Positions 55,552 through 64,000 of a DNA stretch of 64,000 bases are shown piece by piece. Below the pieces are notes generated by a model. That model was not told the DNA's origin, ran no database searches, and saw only the letters and a list, made by a program, of their open reading frames with translations. The DNA comes from Clostridia bacterium (GTDB lineage Bacteria; Bacillota; Clostridia; UBA1212; DUPL01): positions 42,113 through 106,112 of the forward strand of contig JBMNIW010000007.1 of assembly GCA_050951325.1 (NCBI GenBank). The letters run 5' to 3'. Made by a program: the position numbers and the translations under genes. How positions within the stretch are numbered: position 1 is the first letter of the stretch; each line of letters begins with the position of its first letter.

Positions 55552-57486
55552 ATGAATTACGATGTACTATTCACACCATTCAAAATCAGAAACATGGACG
55601 TAAAGAACAGAATTGTCATGGCTCCCATGGGACTCAATGCTGCAAGACCTGATGGCACCATTGCAGATGACGAAATCGACTATTTCGAAGAAAGAGCCCG
55701 CGGTGGGACAGGCATGATTATCATTGGATGTCAGTTCCTTACTGAGGAACTTGCCCAAGGTTCGCTGGAAGGCTACCTTGACAACACCCATGTAATTCCC
55801 CAACTGACAAATCTGTGCGAGGCTGTACAAAAATACGGCACAAAAATTGTTGCTCAGTTAAGCTGCGGCACAGGAAAGAATGCGTTTGCAAACATGCTGA
55901 GCGGACCACCAGTATCAGCTTCACCAATTCCATCGTTCTTCAACCCTGACATGCCCTGCAGGGCTTTGACTGTGGATGAAATTAAGAAGATTATGGAGCA
56001 GTTCGCCTTCTCTGCAAAAGTATTAAAAGATGCAGGCTTTGACGCAATCGAGGTACATGCCCATGCAGGATATCTGGTTGACCAGTTTATGTCTGCTGTA
56101 TGGAACAAGAGGGAAGATGAATATGGCGGTACTCCTGAAAAGAGAATGAGGTTTGCCGTTGAAATTGTGCAATCCATAAGAAGCGCCGTAGGACCTGATA
56201 TGCCTATTCTGTTCAGAATTGCGTGCAAGCATCACTTCCCTGGCGGAAGAACTCTTGAAGAAACCCTGCCAATGCTGAAAATATTGGAAGAAGCAGGCGT
56301 AGATGCTTTCGACATAGATACAGGCAGCTATGAAAATATTGAATATATTTTCCCACCTGCTTATCTGGGAGATGCATGCATGTCTGAAATTTGCGAAGAT
56401 GTAAGGAAGACGGTAACCGTACCCATAATGAATGCCGGCAATCACACGCCCGAAACTGCAGTAAAGCTGATTGAATCCGGAAATTGTGACTTTGTAATGT
56501 TTGGTCGTCCATTGATAGCGGAACCCCACATAGCAAAGAAACTTATGACAAACAGACGTGATGAAGTACGTCCATGCATACGCTGCAACGAAGACTGCAT
56601 AGGAAGAATTATAAGGCGTCTTACAAAGATAAGCTGCTCAGTCAATCCTGTAGCCGGCTTTGAAAAGAGATTTATAATCGAAAAGACTGAAAGTCCAAAG
56701 AAAGTTGTAGTGGTTGGCGGAGGTCCTGCTGGAATGGAAGCTGCAAGAGTAGCTGCTATAAAGGGGCACAAGGTTTCCCTTTACGAAAAAGACAGTGCTT
56801 TGGGCGGCCAGCTGAAGAGCGCTGCAACTCCCGACTTCAAGAGCCAGCTTAGAGAATTTGCAAGATGGCAAATAAGGCAGCTTGAAATATTTGGTGTGGA
56901 TGTTTATTTGAATCATGAAATTACAGCGTCGTCGCCAGAACTTGAAGATGCGGATGAAATAATTGTATCTACCGGCGCAACTCCATTAATGCCAAATATC
57001 AAGGGAATTGAAAATGCCATTGACATAATCACATGCCACACTCAACCTGAGAGACTAAAAGGAGAAAGAATAATTTACTGTGGTGGCGGTTTGTCAGCAT
57101 GCGACTCTGCCCTTGAAACAGCCATGGAAGGCAAGAAGGTTACAATTGTTGAAATGCTGGACGAAGTTGCTAAAGACGACCATTTTATAAACAAGGCAGC
57201 CCTCATTCCAATGTTGCAGAAATATGATGTCTTGATCTTAACCGGTCATAAGGTTGTCGAGATTGCAGAAAATGGTGTAAGAGCGGTCACAAAAGATGGA
57301 AATGAAGTCTTTATTGAAGGCGATACAATTGTTGCAGCTTTTGGTATGGCAAAGAATGACAAGCTTGCATGGGAAATATACAACAAGTATTATACAAAGA
57401 CAAGAATCATCGGTGACTGTAACAAAATTGGCAAAGTTGGAACCGCAGTAAGAGAAGGAATGTACGCAGGTATTTCAATCGAATAA
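55552..57486 (+). CDS. NADH:flavin oxidoreductase (OYE / 2,4-dienoyl-CoA reductase-like)
   Basis: NRIVMAPM, EVHAHAGYL, CIRCNEDC...CSVNP Fe-S motif, GGGPAGMEAA. Confidence 0.9.
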   Translation: MNYDVLFTPFKIRNMDVKNRIVMAPMGLNAARPDGTIADDEIDYFEERARGGTGMIIIGCQFLTEELAQGSLEGYLDNTHVIPQLTNLCEAVQKYGTKIVAQLSCGTGKNAFANMLSGPPVSASPIPSFFNPDMPCRALTVDEIKKIMEQFAFSAKVLKDAGFDAIEVHAHAGYLVDQFMSAVWNKREDEYGGTPEKRMRFAVEIVQSIRSAVGPDMPILFRIACKHHFPGGRTLEETLPMLKILEEAGVDAFDIDTGSYENIEYIFPPAYLGDACMSEICEDVRKTVTVPIMNAGNHTPETAVKLIESGNCDFVMFGRPLIAEPHIAKKLMTNRRDEVRPCIRCNEDCIGRIIRRLTKISCSVNPVAGFEKRFIIEKTESPKKVVVVGGGPAGMEAARVAAIKGHKVSLYEKDSALGGQLKSAATPDFKSQLREFARWQIRQLEIFGVDVYLNHEITASSPELEDADEIIVSTGATPLMPNIKGIENAIDIITCHTQPERLKGERIIYCGGGLSACDSALETAMEGKKVTIVEMLDEVAKDDHFINKAALIPMLQKYDVLILTGHKVVEIAENGVRAVTKDGNEVFIEGDTIVAAFGMAKNDKLAWEIYNKYYTKTRIIGDCNKIGKVGTAVREGMYAGISIE

Positions 57487-57518
57487 ATTTAAAACCCTCT
57501 CGTTTGAGATGGCTTTTT

Positions 57519-58802
57519 TTATACCATCCTAAATATTTCCTCAATCACAATCTTTTCGCTGTCTTTGTCAAAGAGGGCTGTATTGTACCAGACAGGAGCA
57601 TCCTTGTTCTCATACTTTTCGCACCCTATCTCCTCCTCGGGTATAAGGTAGCCATAAACGGTATTTGAATATCCCACAATGTATATGTTTTCCTTCTCAT
57701 ACCCCATGGCAACAAGTCTGTCTTCAATCTTTAAGGCGGTCCTGGTCAGCACCTCAAAAGGAAGAAAAATAAAAATCACCTTCTCCTCTTTGTTGCCCAC
57801 CTTAAGATACTGAAGCGGCACCTGTATATCCCCATTCTCTCCTCTATATATCTTCTTCGAAATTTCTCTGTACCAGTTGAGATACTGCAAAATATATCTT
57901 TTGTTCATCTCATCCTGTGCGTCATAATATGCCTTTAAATACTTGTCAATCTCTCTTTCAACTTCATCTGCGGGAGAAAACGCTTTCATTGGAACCTTGA
58001 TTTTATTTAACTTAAAATCAATATCGACATCCACATTATGGCCCTCCACCTTCTCTATCTTGATGGCATCAAGAACACATTTCGCAAGTTCCCCGCCAAG
58101 CTTCTCCAGTTTCTCTTCCTGGCTAACTCCTTCTACCATTGGATTTATGTCACCACAACTTCCTTGCAGAAACATAAAACACGAGCCCATTTCAAGACCC
58201 TTTTTGGTAAGTACTGAAGGATAGTCCGCCGAGATATACATATCCGACATAAGAACAGGATGACAGGACGCTCGGGCAATCAGGCCGGAAAGTACGTTTT
58301 CTTTATTGAAAAAACATCCTACTCTCACACTTCTGTCAATAGCATCAAGATTTCTTCTGTTATGTATCATATCAAGGTCTTTTCCAAAACGGCTTGTAAA
58401 CTTGCATACTTCCAACTTCGAAAAAGCCTCATTGGCGCAATCACCTGCCACCTCTCCCACTTTGTTCAAATAGTCATTGTTTAACGGTACAGAATACAAA
58501 ACACCACAGGCAGGCCCGGCATGAGTATGGGTTGCAGTCAAAGCTATTGAGGATCCATCCAATCCTGTTTTTTGGGATATGTGAAACCTCAGAATTTCCG
58601 ATACCTCTTCATTGAATCCACATAAATCAAAACTCAGCATGCAGAACCTAGTCCCATTTCTGTCTTCAATCGCCAGAGCTTTTACATACAACTCATCCCT
58701 GATTCCCTTTGCATGCTCCATTCGAAAACCATAACCATCCATAAAGACCTTTTCAGGTTGAGGAGTAATTTTGGCCTGACTGAACCCGCATTTTATACGC
58801 AT
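57519..58802 (-). CDS. Neutral/alkaline ceramidase-like amidohydrolase
   Basis: DELYVKAL, ATHTHAGP, CHP, SADYP, LQGSCGDINP, GYSN..GY. Confidence 0.75.
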   Translation of the reverse strand: MRIKCGFSQAKITPQPEKVFMDGYGFRMEHAKGIRDELYVKALAIEDRNGTRFCMLSFDLCGFNEEVSEILRFHISQKTGLDGSSIALTATHTHAGPACGVLYSVPLNNDYLNKVGEVAGDCANEAFSKLEVCKFTSRFGKDLDMIHNRRNLDAIDRSVRVGCFFNKENVLSGLIARASCHPVLMSDMYISADYPSVLTKKGLEMGSCFMFLQGSCGDINPMVEGVSQEEKLEKLGGELAKCVLDAIKIEKVEGHNVDVDIDFKLNKIKVPMKAFSPADEVEREIDKYLKAYYDAQDEMNKRYILQYLNWYREISKKIYRGENGDIQVPLQYLKVGNKEEKVIFIFLPFEVLTRTALKIEDRLVAMGYEKENIYIVGYSNTVYGYLIPEEEIGCEKYENKDAPVWYNTALFDKDSEKIVIEEIFRMV

Positions 58803-58813
58803 GTAGCGCCTCC

Positions 58814-59782
58814 TTAGTCAAAATATACCCAAAGGAATGAACTTAATGCCTTTTCTACACCCGGTAAATCGACATCATTAATTCCATTTGAGCCAGTTAA
58901 TTTCTTAAAGTAATCGGACTTAAAGAAAGGTTCTTTATGCATTGCAGTAAATCTTTTATCCGCTTTTATACCTTTCTTGTTTAGAAGTGTAACATAATCG
59001 TCAATATTTGATCCATTGTATACAAACAACGCCCTGTCATGAAACACCCTCATAACCTTAAAAGACTCATTCTCCAATTCTTTCGCAAGTCTTTCTGTTT
59101 CTTCAGTCTTGTATTCATACTTTTCAATATTGAACGCAACAAGCGACGACTGCCACTCTGCAATCCTCATGTTGCCGCCAACAAAATCCTGGACCTTCAG
59201 GTTGTCAGTGGCAAAAGGACTTCTACCACAATTGTGATACGCATAAAACGCATTGTATACATCATCAATAGCAGTAACAAGAGCACCAGCAACACCTGTA
59301 TTCAAGCTGCTTTTTGCCCCAATATCCATCACTGTAGCTGTGGGCTGCTTGTTTATTACAATCTCATCGCCCACATTTTCAATCAGATACATATTGTTAT
59401 CCTTGCAAATCCTTGACAACTCATCCAAATCACCACAATCACCAGCATAAGAGTTCACAATGACCGCTTTTGTTTTCTCAGTTATACTTTCCTTTACACT
59501 CTCCACTGAAATTGTACATCTATCATAATCAATATCGCAAAAAACAGGCTTTGCTCCAATACAGGAAACTGCCATGGAATCCATTGCATTGCCATACGAA
59601 GCGACAACAACTTCATCCCCATAGCCAATATCCAAAGAGCGCAAAAGTGCCTCCAAAGCGGCATTTGCACTATGTAAACAAAGACCATGTTTTCTCTCCA
59701 TAAATTCTGCTATTGCAGCTTGAGCCTCCACCGACTTTGGAGAAATAGTTCCCCATCTTCCACTGAATAAAACCTCACGCAC
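58814..59782 (-). CDS. DegT/DnrJ-like aminotransferase, degenerate
   Basis: GAKPVFCDID and GGNMRIAEWQ present; PLP motifs altered (ENVGDE, GAKSSLNTG). Confidence 0.7.
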   Translation of the reverse strand: MREVLFSGRWGTISPKSVEAQAAIAEFMERKHGLCLHSANAALEALLRSLDIGYGDEVVVASYGNAMDSMAVSCIGAKPVFCDIDYDRCTISVESVKESITEKTKAVIVNSYAGDCGDLDELSRICKDNNMYLIENVGDEIVINKQPTATVMDIGAKSSLNTGVAGALVTAIDDVYNAFYAYHNCGRSPFATDNLKVQDFVGGNMRIAEWQSSLVAFNIEKYEYKTEETERLAKELENESFKVMRVFHDRALFVYNGSNIDDYVTLLNKKGIKADKRFTAMHKEPFFKSDYFKKLTGSNGINDVDLPGVEKALSSFLWVYFD

Positions 59783-59795
59783 AAAACTCTCCCCC

Positions 59796-61004
59796 TTACA
59801 AAAGCTCTTCAATATTGTCATATACCTTCTTGAAACTATCTGCAATAAGTTTTATGTCAGAAGGCTCAGACAGCAAAATATGATCCGATGAATATATCCA
59901 GGCACTTTCATGCTTGTATGCATATTCCGTATTGGGATAATCCTTCAAATCCACCTTAATCTTGCCTTGAATCTGTTTCTTTGTGTATTCACTTTTTACC
60001 ACATTTGTATGATACAAAGGAGTATATCCCATAACAACAGGCACGCCTTCGTGATTTAAAGCATTAAGAAACTGATCTCGTGTAACACCCTTTAGTTTTT
60101 CCTCATGCACTCTGAATGTATAGAAATGGTACGCATTCTTTGTAATTCTGGGATCTTCCTTCAAAGGAGACACAAAGTCAAATTCGGACAAGTATTCATC
60201 TAAGATCCTTGCATTTTCATTCCTCTTTTCCAATTGCTCAGGGAACTTGTCAAGCTGCGTATTCAAAATGCCTGCCTGCCATTCTGAAATATTGTAGTCA
60301 ACACCTAAAAACGAATACTTTCCATCCTTATCTTTACCCATGTTGAGCATATTCATAATATTGTAGTACAACTCATCCGAGTTGGTGGTGATGGCACCGC
60401 CTTCCCCACAAGTTAAGTTCTTTGTATTCTGAAAACTGAAGGAAGCTGCAATTCCATATGAACCAATACCTCTTCCTCTCCATTCCGCTCCAACCGCCTG
60501 AGCCGCATCCCCGATTAAATATATTCCCTTTTCCTCTGCCAGTTCAACCAAAGCATCCAAATCAGCAGGCCTTCCACTTACATAAACAGGTATTATGGCT
60601 TTTGTCCTTGGAGTTATCTTCTTTCTTACAGATTCTACTGACATGCTGTATGTATCCAAATCAATATCACAAAACACAGGAGTTGCCCCAACATAAATTA
60701 TAGAAGACAATGTCGCTATGAATGTATACCCCTGAATGATAACTTCATCGCCAACCCCAATACCAAGCCCCCGCATTATAAGCTCCAAACTCTGTGTGCC
60801 GTTTGATACTGGTATGCAGTACTTTGCGCCATTCAATGCAGCAAATCTTTCTGAAAAAGTCCTTGACTGAATGCCAAAACTTCCATAGTAGCCGCTCTTT
60901 TTAACCTCTTCCAAAACATTAGCATCGCTTTCGGTTGCATAAGGCCATCTAAAAAAGCTCGCCTTGCACAAAGGCTCTCCCCCATTTATTGCAAGCACAC
61001 CCAT
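59796..61004 (-). CDS. DegT/DnrJ/EryC1/StrS aminotransferase (AHBA synthase-like)
   Basis: LAINGG, SNGTQSL, DAAQAVGA, SFQNTKNLTCGEGG. Confidence 0.9.
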   Translation of the reverse strand: MGVLAINGGEPLCKASFFRWPYATESDANVLEEVKKSGYYGSFGIQSRTFSERFAALNGAKYCIPVSNGTQSLELIMRGLGIGVGDEVIIQGYTFIATLSSIIYVGATPVFCDIDLDTYSMSVESVRKKITPRTKAIIPVYVSGRPADLDALVELAEEKGIYLIGDAAQAVGAEWRGRGIGSYGIAASFSFQNTKNLTCGEGGAITTNSDELYYNIMNMLNMGKDKDGKYSFLGVDYNISEWQAGILNTQLDKFPEQLEKRNENARILDEYLSEFDFVSPLKEDPRITKNAYHFYTFRVHEEKLKGVTRDQFLNALNHEGVPVVMGYTPLYHTNVVKSEYTKKQIQGKIKVDLKDYPNTEYAYKHESAWIYSSDHILLSEPSDIKLIADSFKKVYDNIEELL

Positions 61005-61016
61005 TAATATCACTCC

Positions 61017-61751
61017 TTACAAAATCTTTATATCCTTCCTGTACTTGTTAATATATACATCATTAATCTCGTCTCCGCCATCCACATTGCTGCTGCACCA
61101 TACCTCAGGTTTCAAACCCTTTTCCATCATCATATCCACAGCTTCACAGACAATGGCATTCAATATGCAACAGCCGGCTATTGTCGATGTAGGACCTGTC
61201 ATTATGCCGCCTACATCCATGCAGGCATCTCCCACCACTCCACAATTATCTATAACTATGTCGCAAACCTCATGCAGCATAAGACCGCTTTCATGTCTTG
61301 AGGAAACGCTTCTTGCATGCTTTAGATTGGTTATGCAGATTACTTTCATGCCCTTTTTTCTTGCCATTAATGCAATATCTATGGAAACAGTGTTTCTTCC
61401 TGAATTGGAAAAAACAAAAAGAACATCGCCCTCTTTTGCATCCTTTAAATCATCCATCAAAATATCTGCATAACAGGGCAGTCTTTCCATCCTGCTGCTG
61501 ACAGATGCAGACTCATGAAGCATAAGAGGACCTTTAAGAATGGGATAAACCTTGACCAAACCTCCTGCACGGTAGAAAACTTCCTCTGCAAGCATATGGG
61601 AGTGGCCAGTGCCAAAAGCAAATATCATACCTTCATTTTCCAAAACCCTTGCTACTTCTTCGGCACTCTTTTCAATGTTCTCCTTTTGATAGACCAAAAC
61701 TTCATCCAATATTTCCTTTACTTTTTCAAAATATCCATCAATTCTGCTCAT
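61017..61751 (-). CDS. SIS-domain sugar-phosphate isomerase-like protein
   Basis: FGTGHSHMLAEEVFYRAGG, SNSGRN, GPTST, SSNVDGGD. Confidence 0.85.
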   Translation of the reverse strand: MSRIDGYFEKVKEILDEVLVYQKENIEKSAEEVARVLENEGMIFAFGTGHSHMLAEEVFYRAGGLVKVYPILKGPLMLHESASVSSRMERLPCYADILMDDLKDAKEGDVLFVFSNSGRNTVSIDIALMARKKGMKVICITNLKHARSVSSRHESGLMLHEVCDIVIDNCGVVGDACMDVGGIMTGPTSTIAGCCILNAIVCEAVDMMMEKGLKPEVWCSSNVDGGDEINDVYINKYRKDIKIL

Positions 61752-62667
61752 TTTCCATCTCTCCCAAAGCATATAAAGCGGCGGACATCTCTGGTTTCAT
61801 ATCAGGAATCCTTATGTCAACCAAAGGATATCTCTCCTTTACTCTCTTTGCAAACATATTCCTTATGTACTCATTGTTTTGAAATACACCGCCATAGATT
61901 CCTACCACCAGTGTTTCTTCCTTTACAGCATCAATTAACGATATTGCATAGTCTGACAACCTAAATGCCGCATGATTCAGGATATCTACCGCTACCAGAT
62001 CTCCCAATTCTGCACATTTTGAAACCTTCACTGCAAATCCGGCCAAATCCGACTTTTTAACGTCATCACTGTTCAAAACTGGTATTGCATTCCTTAAATT
62101 TGATACTTTAAAAAACTTGCAGGCATATTCCACAAGCAATGTATCCTTTCCCACTCTGTCATAAGCATCAATGGCTGCATTGATTCCCATAACGCCAATG
62201 CAGTACGCACTCCCACCATCCAAGGTTGGCCTTCCCCATCCGCCAACCACATGGATTCTTTTTTCATTGTCAATGCCTATTCCCATTGACCCGGTTCCAC
62301 TAATTATCAATACGCCTGCATTGCCTTTTGTAAGTCCATACAAGGCCATGAATGCATCACTTTTCATAAAAACTCTTCCAACATTAATCCTTTTCAATAT
62401 TTCATTTATGAACAGTAAAGAATTCTCATCTTCTGTTACATCGTCAATAGACGGATTGCCAATGGACAAGCAGGCAATATTGGTACCGTCAGGCAGATTA
62501 AGCTTGTTTACAGCATCAACAAGATTGCAAACAGCTTCCTCCTTGCTAATAAAGTTGTAGTTTATGCTGCCCCCTCTACTTGCAGCAACCACATTTCCTG
62601 TCATATCTATTGCCGCTATGCTTGTTTTTGTACCGCCACCGTCAACACCAATTATTACATCCATCAA
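61738..62667 (-). CDS. BadF/BadG family N-acetylglucosamine kinase-like sugar kinase
   Basis: GVDGGGTKT, ISGTGS, VGGWG, GSAY. Confidence 0.85.
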   Translation of the reverse strand: MMDVIIGVDGGGTKTSIAAIDMTGNVVAASRGGSINYNFISKEEAVCNLVDAVNKLNLPDGTNIACLSIGNPSIDDVTEDENSLLFINEILKRINVGRVFMKSDAFMALYGLTKGNAGVLIISGTGSMGIGIDNEKRIHVVGGWGRPTLDGGSAYCIGVMGINAAIDAYDRVGKDTLLVEYACKFFKVSNLRNAIPVLNSDDVKKSDLAGFAVKVSKCAELGDLVAVDILNHAAFRLSDYAISLIDAVKEETLVVGIYGGVFQNNEYIRNMFAKRVKERYPLVDIRIPDMKPEMSAALYALGEMENEQN

Positions 62668-62759
62668 GCAGTTCCTCCCAACCTTTTTGTTGATTATACC
62701 ACTTGAGATATCAGATACTTACTACTATTCAATCAAAAACATATAATATTCTATCATTA

Positions 62760-63059
62760 TTAACAACCCTTCCTATCAATGGAACAGCTTCCAAAGTCTG
62801 ATTCAACATCAAGAAAATCTGAAATTTCAAAAGTCATTGTTCCATCTTCCAGGATGTATAATGGAATACCGACAGAACCGGATTTCCTGACATCCTCAAA
62901 CATTGGGGAAATGTCCCTTATCCTTAGGAACTCCTTCAATGTCCCAATATCCTTGGTTATATCCCTGAACTCAACTTCAATATCTTCCCTGTTCACAAGT
63001 ATCTTCTTGTCATTTACACAATCAATGCATATATCCGTTCCATACATAACAACTTTCAT
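62760..63059 (-). CDS. Glutaredoxin-like protein
   Basis: CIDC active site, VGIP, C-terminal CSIDRKGC. Confidence 0.75.
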   Translation of the reverse strand: MKVVMYGTDICIDCVNDKKILVNREDIEVEFRDITKDIGTLKEFLRIRDISPMFEDVRKSGSVGIPLYILEDGTMTFEISDFLDVESDFGSCSIDRKGC

Positions 63060-63188
63060 AAAAAACCTCCTGAATGTTCAATAGTCCAATAATATATTCA
63101 AAAACAGGATTTGTAAATAACTTGCACATCACGGAATATGACTATATACTGATTGTAACAAACTGCTCTTTGAAACCGAGGTGATCCT

Positions 63189-64000
63189 ATGAAAAAATCA
63201 GTTATACCAATCATTTGTCTGGTTTTCAGTATCCTTCTCTTTGCATGTGCAAAGGATGATGGAGGAAAACCAAATGACACTCAGTTGATAGTAACTCCTA
63301 CTCCTTCAAAAACGGTTGATGCTACAGAAACCGTCACAGAAGAACCAGACACACCAAGCCCCACACAGGAACAAACAGCAACCCCTACACCCAACCCTAC
63401 GTCCACACCCACGCAAATACCCACTCCCACACCAACTCCTACAGCAGCGCCGGTGGAGTTTGAAAACAGCGTAACTTACGCATCTCTTTCCTATGGCGGA
63501 ATAGATTCTTTGGGGAGGGAAATAAGTTTGGAAGGGCAGGTGCCTGCAAAACGGGACGGAAGGTACGTTGGAATATTCTATTTCCTTTGGATTGGAGCTC
63601 ATGGAACTTCTGGCCCGTACGACAATACGAAAATTGTAGAAACATGGCCTGATGCTCTTACGAATGAAGCACGCTGGGGTCCGCTATATGCCCACCATTT
63701 CTGGGGAGAGCCGCTTTTTGGATATTACAGAAGCTCAGACCCCTGGGTGATGAGAAAACATGTTCAGATGCTTACAGATGCAGGCATTGATTTCCTTGTG
63801 TTTGACACAACAAACGCCAATGGCAACCCATCTTCCGGTCCCTTTACTTCAAACGGAGGCAACAACAATACATACATATCAGCTGCCCTTGACCTATTAA
63901 AGATACTTGACGAATACTACAAAAAGGGACATGACGTTCCCAAGGTGGCATTTTATACAAATTCCAATTCCAGCAGAGCCATGACGGTGATATACAACGA
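63189..64000 (+). CDS. GH99/GH71-like hydrolase lipoprotein, partial (runs off the window)
   Basis: Own translation: lipobox LFAC, long PT linker, RYVGIFYFLW, HFWGEPLFGYY, RKHVQMLTDAGIDFLVFDTTN. Confidence 0.8.
   Translation, partial: MKKSVIPIICLVFSILLFACAKDDGGKPNDTQLIVTPTPSKTVDATETVTEEPDTPSPTQEQTATPTPNPTSTPTQIPTPTPTPTAAPVEFENSVTYASLSYGGIDSLGREISLEGQVPAKRDGRYVGIFYFLWIGAHGTSGPYDNTKIVETWPDALTNEARWGPLYAHHFWGEPLFGYYRSSDPWVMRKHVQMLTDAGIDFLVFDTTNANGNPSSGPFTSNGGNNNTYISAALDLLKILDEYYKKGHDVPKVAFYTNSNSSRAMTVIYN

Noticed and set aside
44082-58802. One sphingolipid system linking the CerS-like GNAT with the ceramidase-like gene
   Set aside because: The operons are ~9 kb apart with unrelated genes between, and the ceramidase-like family is broad

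Overview
Clostridia-like (Bacillota) chromosomal window rich in glycan-foraging genes. It holds four paralogous secreted GH99/GH71-like hydrolases; one is fused through a two-helix membrane hairpin to a sugar-binding protein, and the fourth runs off the right edge and is missing from the ORF track. An AT-richer block (~15.1-36.5 kb) carries an ECF sigma/anti-sigma pair, GH29 and GH95 fucosidases, a GH2 beta-galactosidase read through into an SGNH esterase, a DUF4838 lipoprotein, AraC regulators and an IS1634 flanked by a ~344-bp direct repeat. Next comes an IS91-family element whose transposase is split by an intact IS21 (5-bp TSD CCTGT). The right half has a DUF1538/P-II pair, an operon of two GNAT proteins (one resembling bacterial ceramide synthase) and two B12 radical SAM enzymes, an aromatic amino acid-type ABC transporter behind a short structured leader, an Old Yellow Enzyme family reductase, and a kinase/SIS/two-DegT/amidase operon in which one aminotransferase looks catalytically degenerate. 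I saw no rRNA, tRNA or CRISPR array. All family calls come from motif recognition by eye, not from database searches.
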